Assembly: GCA_001687465.1 (NCBI GenBank)
Contig: LVLI01000183.1
Coordinates: forward strand, 1 to 48,876
Reading direction: 5' to 3'
From: Halocafeteria seosinensis
Taxonomy: Eukaryota
Length of the DNA: 48,876 nucleotides
The position numbers and the translations under genes are program-made. A model generated the notes under the pieces. It was given only the letters and a program-made list of their open reading frames with translations. It ran no database searches and was not told the origin of the DNA. This document shows, piece by piece, positions 23,601-31,400 of this stretch; position 1 is the first letter of the stretch; each line of letters opens with the position of its first letter.

Positions 23601-25308
23601 GCTGGCAAATGATGCAGATAATTCTAGGGACCTAGACGATATTAGAGGTAAACTGTATCATGTGGGCAGGATACCAGTGTGGTCAGAAGAGATATGGTCG
23701 TCCGGTGGTCAACGCCGACTTCCCATATTGCGGTTTCAGATACCAAGAAGGAGTAGCCCAAGCCCTTCGCCCACGTCGACGATTACGCCTTTGGCTACCA
23801 CTACGTCTTCAGTAACGTCATCTGCCGCAATGGCTCTAGTGTCTTCAGTCTCTCATACTCTATCAGCTACTATCTCATTTACTGCTAGTACCGGTAGTTC
23901 CTCCGAAGTTAGTCCATCAGAGTCTTCTTTGCCGTCTCCAACTAGTGCATTCTCCAACAACGGTTCTGCTGCGTTCACGGTATCGGTATTACCGCACGAC
24001 GGCGGCAACTACACAGCGACCACTACTGCTTCTCCCCTTCAGTCAGTAACTGGATCATCGGTTCCTTCATTGGTCTTGATCACCAGTAGTACTAGCGTAT
24101 CGCCAACTTGGTGCAGTTCAAGCAACTCTACTCGTACTGTTTCTCCTAGCGACGATTCCAACCGTGTCCCGGCAGGCTCTACAAAGCGCCAGAAAACGAC
24201 AATATCAGTGATGGCTCAGATAGGCTTGGTCGTTTCCTTCAGTGCATTGGGCTTCTTCGTTTTGGTCTTTATTGCTTATCGTAGACGACGCAATACAACT
24301 TTGGCGCAGGGATGCAATGATCCGAAGTCGATGTACGCATCGCAATTAGGAATCCCTGTGGCTAACTTCAGAGTAATTTCGCAGCGTAACAGAAGTACCG
24401 GAGAGCCTTCATTCCCAATCCATTTCGCAGGATCAGCACCTTATAAACAGGAATATGCGCATCTTAGCACTGTGAGGAAAGAAGAAGATTCGAGAGTTAC
24501 CTCTATCGGTGATACGTACGGTATAGAATTGGCGCAGATAAATCCTTTGGCAACTTCCAAGGATGCGCGTCAAGCGACAAATGTTTCGACTGTTACCGAT
24601 GCTTACCAAGCCACAATCCAGAATAAGTTTTCACTGAGCAAAAGCACCGCTGTGCATAGGACGATTCACTATCAACAAGTTGCTGAAGCAACTGCCGGAA
24701 CGAATGGAGTCGAGACGTTCAGCGTAGACAGCGTGCCCACTTCTCAATTAGCATCGATGAAAGCTCCGCAGGTGTTCTTCGTAGATCTGGGGACACAGAG
24801 CTCTGGGTCAAGCGGGAATGTGCGAATTGTCTCCGTTGCAGCTCCAAATCTGGCAACTGCGGGGAGACGCAATTCGCAAATGGAGAGCAGGACGATTCGA
24901 GTAGCGCTGGTAGAGAATATTGATACTTCTGGAATGGGAAGAATTGATCGAACCCGCCTGAAGCTGAGGCAATGGAAAGCGAAGCTACTCGCCGAGCCGC
25001 CACCTCTGGTAGAAATTGAGATGGACACTGAGGATAGTGACGATAACGTTGACAGTTCCTTGGCCCCGGCGTCTGCTCAGCAACTCCGTTTTGCGAGGAT
25101 CAACCAGACAAGCGCGCGCCATGCACTTTCAGAGGAAGCCAAAGAATATCAGCAGAATTCATTCAAAGGTGGTCGTGTTGCAAAGAAGGAATTTGCTCCA
25201 TCCTTACCGTCTTCCTTCGAAACTACTTTGGGAGTGGTATCAACTAGAACTCGACAAAAGCGAACAAGAAAGGCCTCCAAGAGGAAGTCGTTACTCCAGA
25301 CAAAATGA
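17668..25308 (+). CDS. Giant type I membrane GGICG/GLUG-like protein: 4 tandem modules, Ser/Thr stalk, TM, ~340-aa cytoplasmic tail (2546 aa)
   Basis: Uninterrupted ORF. Hydrophobic leader ends LPVAA|FDLRQ. Four modules are separated by Pro/Ser/Thr linkers. TM IGLVVSFSALGFFVLVFIAY (~24220-24279) is followed by RRRR. Confidence 0.92.
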   Translation: MVALFTGNRKMSSKEAKCSRREPPGWNSGYCQLFSVYMLLWSSITIFCLPVAAFDLRQSIMDGSEPCFTYNETEKLFELRCNSLEWSSAGYEHNTYISLHANEMFDGGEHNVIDLTGIDEFQGLFLIDSASVGTFEEAPLIRNVHTVNGGLASGAGFILQAHSRFSIVDSCSSSGSIGLDSGGICGSECGVAGQVLITNSYSSGTIQGDRAGGITGRNTGQVQGRVKITHCYSTGTIRGSDTGGICGSGSGLGGGEIEISHCYSTGAMPHARSGGISGSKTGQNHGRVDITNCHSTGLISGGGVGGICGSSAAYEHGRVTIIRSYSRGDIAGENSGGILGENAAEVNGVVQVEECYSVGKISAQGSGGVCGPYVGKWKGSARISNCYSWGSLTAADTGGICGKEVSGNLSILNSYAAGLVHGSGSGGIISSIYSSIDGVVGIRYSVYNGQGNGSLIGNNGGVTVHEEGNSMDLADITGKLYTTEGQQVWSETSWSIVASDELLQLRFQLLAIPSRSPSSMPTSTPTASMTRLFSATPSSTESLTPSASPHSSKYPTATPTPSTFPKDLREPIISGSETCFRYLEGRRVFEQICKVLNWEVNRYSRETYISLSANETFEGSNGTVIDLTGVDLFEGLFRATGDVQSLEEAPLIRNVHVTGGSLARGAGYILQREQQFFQIESCSSSGSINDYGGGICGERCGLSGGLILITNSHSTGQIAGNLAGGIVGTEGAAVGGKVIIKDCYTTKVIEGIGAGGIIGAGSGRDGGNVEIWDCYSTGNISSRYAGGIAGASTGSFHGRVCITNCRSIGIVAGEGAGGICGTSTAFANGNVTVARSYSTGAIHGESSGGIVGSRAAVHSGFVSIEECYSTGKIFGDSSGGIAGGETARDAGVLRISDCYTTGRISGFSSGGVCGADIGRDGGYMYMLDSYASGVILSDNGGGLVGSVIGGTTEVKFSVYNAQSLSNSLVGPTGGEIAVDVGNSGNLSEIRGKLYRYNETYSWSREVWAVNDGASLPVLRFQLPFPSISPNPSTTPSPSTTPSSTACAGSTMSSTASRTSRKTSSASPLPSPVDLRSSIISGMEACFKYFGGLKLFTLNCSVLHWISQGYSATTHISLSSNEKFDGGTNSIIDFSGITEFKGLFRVSDRVQLFDEAPLIGNVHTVNGSLASEAGYILQAEQRFFIVDSCSSTGFIGDRGGGICGERCGSNSGHVVIRKSHSTGPIAGLMAGGIAGGQTGRYNGSCRIEGCHSEGIIVGAGAGGLCGGACGEQFGRLKISTSYSTGVILGKSSGGIIGLAAGRLEGRFRITKCYSTGAIEGSFSGGICGASAGIMNGNGAITRSFSAGLIRGMGAGGIVGSNAAAINGFLSVDESYSTGEILAESSGGIAGGSAAAKGGTMRILNCYTTGQISGVSAGGICGGETGGSPTSAPGDVVIMNSYSSGSIELPYAGGLVGSTLNGTTGVVYSVYDGHGPTDSVVGKMGGTLATNTGNSRNLSDIVGKLYAYSETQSWSREIWTVVDTEQLPILRFQLRLESPSPPPSMSPSTTPSVTTEATSTPTASPSPRDLRQSIIVGTEYCFGYDARRKSFSLVCGILGWKSRGYSSGTYISLGANEQFDGGKDSIIDLTGIFEFEGLFRVLESVTSFDEAPTIRNVHTQNGSIARGGGFIVQAEQRFFSVDSCSSSGAIYGGGICGSGCGRDYGQVVISNSYSTGRICRGGGIAGGSLGKNYGIANITECSSTGAIENRGTGGICGSFCGLDYARVYMSRCHSSGDILGPWTGGIAGMQLGLNHGHVEIAHCYSTGRIQCGAGGGIAGSWTGQESGYVHISRSYSTGDISTDALRSGGILGFLAAIDKGTVIVQECYSTGEIAGREGGGIVGEEAAARNGTVRISNCYTTGDITGFESGGICGGHTGGRNMHHPSGRVFVANTYASGSILSDTSGGIVGSVVNGTTSIQYSVFNGTEPTDSLVGGFGGELANDADNSRDLDDIRGKLYHVGRIPVWSEEIWSSGGQRRLPILRFQIPRRSSPSPSPTSTITPLATTTSSVTSSAAMALVSSVSHTLSATISFTASTGSSSEVSPSESSLPSPTSAFSNNGSAAFTVSVLPHDGGNYTATTTASPLQSVTGSSVPSLVLITSSTSVSPTWCSSSNSTRTVSPSDDSNRVPAGSTKRQKTTISVMAQIGLVVSFSALGFFVLVFIAYRRRRNTTLAQGCNDPKSMYASQLGIPVANFRVISQRNRSTGEPSFPIHFAGSAPYKQEYAHLSTVRKEEDSRVTSIGDTYGIELAQINPLATSKDARQATNVSTVTDAYQATIQNKFSLSKSTAVHRTIHYQQVAEATAGTNGVETFSVDSVPTSQLASMKAPQVFFVDLGTQSSGSSGNVRIVSVAAPNLATAGRRNSQMESRTIRVALVENIDTSGMGRIDRTRLKLRQWKAKLLAEPPPLVEIEMDTEDSDDNVDSSLAPASAQQLRFARINQTSARHALSEEAKEYQQNSFKGGRVAKKEFAPSLPSSFETTLGVVSTRTRQKRTRKASKRKSLLQTK
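17830..23739 (+). repeat. Four intragenic ~1.37-kb modules (17830-19191, 19366-20730, 20884-22260, 22366-23739), 9 coils each
   Basis: Each starts DLR.(S/P)I..G.E.CF.Y and ends LRFQ. Start-to-start spacing is 1536, 1518 and 1482 nt. Confidence 0.9.
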
Positions 25309-25413
25309 GTTGCGGGATTCGTAATCCGCAAGACTATCCCATATAAAAATAAGTGTTTTCTCCAAATCGACATTATCATGTGTATTATTATGCTTCTTTC
25401 GCATGTGCCACAT

Positions 25414-28400
25414 CTACTCATCGCTTTCTAACTCTAACTCGATGTCATCATCGTCGTCTTCACTACTCTCCTCATATTCCGAGCTCTCAGTACCACTATC
25501 TGCAATAGCAGCTCGACGCGTATTTCTACGGCGGCCTGTCCTACGCATACCGCCATTAGTGTTTGCAGCACTCTGTCCACTTCTGCTACTTCTACGTGGA
25601 TTTCCTCGTCGAGTGCTGCTATTTGAACGACCTCTGGCTCCACCACGTGGACGTCCGCGTTGAGTTGATCGTCTTCTACCAGGAGAGCTACTGGCTTGGC
25701 CTCGTCGTCGAATTCTGTTTCGTCGAGCTGGTTGTCGACGGGCGGTATAGGAATCATCACTACTGTCTTCACTCTCCAGCACGATTTCGTCATTGGCCGA
25801 ACCATTACGCAACCCGGTGGTACCGCTACCTTGGTTATTAACTATCTCGACGATGAATTGATCTATATCGACTGGCAACGTCGACGGGATCATAGGAAGG
25901 TCAACGCTCACTGGTGTTTGGAATTTTTCTTGAGCAGCCTGCAAAATTGGAGCCGCATATTGGAAAGAGCGTGCCGCTAGCATCCAGTACTTATCGCCTT
26001 CTTCATTAAACTTGATAGCGTTCGCATAAATGAGTTGTAGCTCCGCCGAGAACTTTTGAACAGTTGAGTATTGCCCGCTCTCAATTTCGCGTCTCATAGT
26101 CGTGTAATCTTGAGGAAATTTGATTTCATCATGGTAATCGGTAAAGTCCTCAGGTACGGGTTCGGAAAAGACAGAGAGCACATCAGCTTCTGCTACCCAG
26201 TCCAGTATCTTGTGGAAAGCTTGGGTCATGCTCGACGGAAGTGTTCCTGCAATTTCTTCAAGGCTTCGTTTCGACAGGTTGAAAATTCTAGTGTTGGCTA
26301 CGGCACCCTTGATCTCTTCGATGTTTTCTCCGATCTCCAATTGCGGCTCTGGTTCGGGCGATGGCTGTGAGACGGCTCGGCGACTGCCCCGAGTTTCTCG
26401 TAGTGACATACTAGCAAACTTCTCGTGGAAATCTCTGACACACGCAGTGGCTACAGCTATGATGTCACTATCAGGTTCATTAAAACTGGCGCAGTTGATA
26501 CGGATCAACTCAACGTCATTTAAGATCGACTCCAGTGATCGGTAGTAGTGCCTAATGAGGCGTTGGGCAATGCGGTATAAGGACATTGGAACTGGTACAT
26601 GCTTCGAGTACTGAGGAAATTGCGTGGCACTAACATCATAAAGGAACGATGCGTATTCTGGAACTTTCTTCAGTTCGAGGATAGTCTTCAGAGCCTTACA
26701 TCTCTGTTCTTCAGTCAGACTGCTGCGAAACTGGTACCGAACCATCGAAGAGTGGTTCTTCCATTGTTCCATGGGACTGGGCTCGCATCCAGCATAATCT
26801 TTGGAAGGCCTATCAGTTGTCGAAGGACCATTAATTTCCCATGGTGATACGAATTCATGGTCACCATTTTCTTCAAAGGTAACCGGTATAGAACACCAAA
26901 CACAAGGTAAACCCCTTTGCCTGTCGTCTCCTAGTTTTTTCCCTCTCGAGGCTGACACATCCGCTGTGTAGTAGGAGGCCATCTTAGAAAGAGGAACCGG
27001 CAGCAGAGATTTGATCTCAAATTGCTCTCCAAAGGTCGATTTCAGTTCCTGTACAAGCACGATGTAATTTGAAACTGCTCCCCAGATATCTTCTCTGACA
27101 TGTGGATCCAGTACGGTATCAGCCTTTTTCTCGACTTGTTGCTTCCACTTTGGATGATCTAGCGCGTCAACCTTCCGCATCACCAGCGCTGATGCGGCAG
27201 CTTCGACAGAGTCCTCGATACTCTCACAGAGTAACCTACCCTTCAGTGTCGGATTATTGGCCAATTTCAGCATAGATTCGGCTATTTGCGAATCACGGGA
27301 GGGTCGCTCAACGTCCAGTCTGGTGGCACTGTTGGCCGAAGCAGAGGACCTCGAACGAAGCCCCGGAGACAAAATAGCACAAAATGAAGAGGCGCCAGAC
27401 CAGCTTGTCGTGGCCGCTGAAGTAGAAGCACTTTCCACAGGAAATTGTTGAGCTTTAAGTATGTCATATCCCCCGTATCGTCCAAATACATCTTCTTCGC
27501 AACAATCCAAAGCACTCGCAACATCGATAAAGGGCACTTCCACTTTTGTTCCATCTTGCAGGCGGTTCATATTTTCCATTCCATGCTCGAATTCTTCGAT
27601 CAATACCAGGCAATTGACTCCCTCGTACTTAGCGTAACGGAGATCTGTCAGCGTCGTGCTTAATGTGTCGTTGGAGCTAACAGAGATATTCCCACAGCGT
27701 TTGGCTTCCAACTCAGGTAGAGAAACACAGCCATTGGGGCCGACGTATTGACGAAAGTACAAATCTGACTGCTCCACTTTAGTAGATTCCACACTTTGCC
27801 AAGAAACGTTACCACTACTGTCGGTAGTAGGAGCATGCGAAACACGAAGCGTCACTTCTAAAATGACGGCATAATCAGCCGCCATACCTTTTCGCCCTTT
27901 CCCGCTGTGCCCTTGGTCTTTGGCATCCTGCTGGTAACAGAATACGTAATTAATAGCAACCACGCTGCATCTGACATAACGCCATGATGCGGGCCATTTT
28001 TGCCAAGGAAACCTGTGGGACGGTTTTGAGCCTAAAGCACCATTGTCTATCCGACCAGCTCGTTCGCAATCAATTCCAAGCTCTCGGGAAGTAAGACGCA
28101 CTGTAATCTCTTTTGTTTCTCTCTGCCTTTTGGCACGCGTACTGGGACCACGTATGGTGGCATCTTGTCCAGATTGTTGACTAAAATCGCGACCATCATC
28201 GAAATAGTCAACCCCAAGAACTTCTGCATGGCCTTCTGGGAAATATATGACATCGTCCCCTATTTGGGGCAAATAGTTGCACGGCGTGGGGCGCGTCCGC
28301 AGCAACCACTCGTTGAAGTAGCGAGTGACTCGGCGGAAGGTCTTGGCTTCTAAGCTCGCTTCTGACTCATCTCGCTGCGGCTTAAATCCCAACCTGGTTA

Positions 28401-31400
28401 GACCAGAAGTAGCAGAGTTCAAGCCCTCAGCGGAATAGCACATACTACCTGAAATTAACGACTTCTGGCACTTATCCAAAAGATTTTCCCCCATAGCTTC
28501 ATCCACATGCGAGATACCCTGAATTCTGAGACCTCGAATACACGGCGCTACTCTCAAGTCATACGAAGCGCGGGCTACAACACTAGAAAAGAGCTGCGCC
28601 AATTGATCTTGCTCAAAGAATTCAGAAGCTGTTAGAGTAGATCGCTCCCGGACATTGTCCACCGTATCTGCAGATGCGTCTGATTCATCTGAGCTTCCTG
28701 CACTATCGTCCATCGAGTCACGAAGATGGATGGGCCTGGATGTTCGCCGACTGGAACGAGACCTACTAGGAGCTGCCGCTGCCGCAATTTGCCGGTGTGG
28801 TTCATCGTCGCTTTCATAGTCTGATGCTAATTCCATTCCACCATTTTGGTTACAGCGTACCCTGGATTCAATATGTTCCTCCATTAAGATGGACGAATTG
28901 CCCCCATCTTGTAGGTGAGAAGTACCACGAGAGTGAGACCGTGCGAATGCTCGAGCACGACGGGTAAGCTGCTGCAGATAACTCAAAACAGCATAGCGAT
29001 TCGAGTACATTGTCCGCGGATGCCGAAGTCCGGAATCTGCTGGTTGCGCGCGACCAGTCTGCGAGAGGGCATTTTCCATTCGTGTGCGCACATGACCCGC
29101 AAGTGGTCCATCTGCAGACTGACGAGCATTCAAGTGAACCGCGGATGTTTCCTCATCGGAGGAATCATCAAGATATTGAACGGGCTGAGTTCGTCTCCGC
29201 TCCTGCTGCCTGATTGCTGTTCTTCCAAGTCTCCTATTCGCGGACGTTCCATAGGATGCTTTAATATGGATAGCGCCCTCGTAGGATGATCCAGCCTTGT
29301 GATGAAACAGAGACTCCACCATATTCTTCAGGTCTATACTATCGTGACTCCGTGCTCCGAACAAGCGATCAGCGTGGTGGAGCGCTTCAATTATGTTTTT
29401 CGCTTGGCAGTCTCTCGTCAGGCGATTGTTTCTGTTGGCAGTGTGGCTGCGCCTATATTGGGGAACGAATCTCACCGGACCACAGAAAAGTCTTTGGTAG
29501 AAATGAGAGCTATATGTTACAACTTCTGCTTCGAAGGAGTTGTCCTCCGCATCCTTCTCTTCCACACAACAGTCAATTTCGGGTATGAAGGGGTAGTCTT
29601 CGAAAAATTCATTACCAATATTTTGCTCAGGCAGTAATTGGTGAGGTGGTACTTGGTGCGCCCGGTCTATGACGTTATAATATATATCACGCATTAAAGG
29701 CTCGTAATCCAGACTAAAATACTGAAAGAACGGCACTAGGTACAGGCACACTGCACTTTGCGTAGTACTCCTCAGCTCCATTCCGCTAGCAACGCAAGCG
29801 AGGTCTTCACCCACCGTTGCATGAGTGTCATGGTAGTGCAAGGACCATTCTACACCACCCACACCAAACCAGGTTACCCTTCCCTCCACATCAGTTACAA
29901 CGAAGCCCAAACCATCGTTTTGCCATTTAATATCCAGTACACCTGCCCGCTCGGAGGAAAACCTCATATCTTTGCATGCATGATACTTATTCGCGTCCAA
30001 AGACGAACTCATTGATTCTACGTGGACCTCACAGAAACCAGTGACACCCTCAGCACAGGTACTACTCTGCAATTGCACGACCGCACCACCAAGAAACGGA
30101 CGGCGATCGGAGCCGGAAGTCTTACTCTTCCTTTGTCTGGAGGAGCTATCACCAGCTTCACGAGTTCTGGGTACAAACGGCACACTAAGATCGGAGCTGT
30201 TTACTAAGCTTGGTCGATCTGAGCGGTCCTCAAGACGATGGAACTCAAATTGAGTCAGCGGCTGTGTCCGCAGTTCCCCACAATCCCAGATATTCAACCT
30301 ACCGTCCTGGCCACCTGAAAGGAAAATGTGTGGATCAAGAGGGGAAGGTTCGATAACAAAGACCGGTCCGTCATGGCCCGTAAATACACGCAGCAACTCC
30401 CCAGTGTGCGAACACCACACCTTCAACCGAATAAAGAAGTAGGACGACGCATCATCTTCCCATTTTGTTTCGATCATTATTCTCTGTGAAGAGATGATGC
30501 AAGAGTCATCTTTCGTCCATGCAATTTGGTCGATTTCAGGAACTGGAACTTCCTGCTTCCACCATGCGCTACGAGCAGTTCGGGAATGGTCCTTGCCTAC
30601 CCTTCCACAAAAGCCAAAACCGACATTTTCATCGCTATAATATGCGCTTTGAGCATCCCAAAACTGTGCGCTATCTTTTTTACCAATCGCCAGTACTTCA
30701 CTTTTGGAATCTGTTACTACACCGCCACCGCTTCCATCATGCAGATCCTCGATATTGCATCCTTCTTCGATGTTCTGGCGAATTTTCGATGCTATAGCAT
30801 TCCTGTCTTTCGACTTAAAGGCGTTCTGCAAATCGGCGTAGTCAGTCGCATACTCTCCTCTACGAGCGTCCAATATCAAGCATACATAGTCGTCATAGTG
30901 CCGACTAAACGTCCACACTCGCACAGTGCCATCCTTCGCGCCTGAAGAGGCCACCCTGTCTCCCGAATGACTGAAAGCAATGGAGTTGACTGTGCTAGTG
31001 TGGCCCTGGCACACAAGTCTTAACTCTGGCGATAACACTGCATCTTCTAAGACAGTAGCAGCAGATGTACTTCCATCACTCGTCGCAGAGGACCCGCCAG
31101 TTTCATAAGTACACCCTGTCCCCGTAGCGGTGGTGTGCTTACTCCTATGAAGCACATGATTGCTCATCTTTCCATATCCAGACACACGTGTTCTGCTTCT
31201 GCCATCTGAACTTGTGTCGACAGCTTCTTTATCGGAAGCTCGAATCACATTGTTGCACACTGTCCAACTCTTTGAGCAAGCATCTTGACTGCAAGAAGAG
31301 GATAGCAAAGAGTATATCCGCACTATACCATTTTGTGTTCCCGTGGCGATAACACCTCCTAAGGGGCTAACAGATACAGATGTAACCTTGGTTTCGCTAT

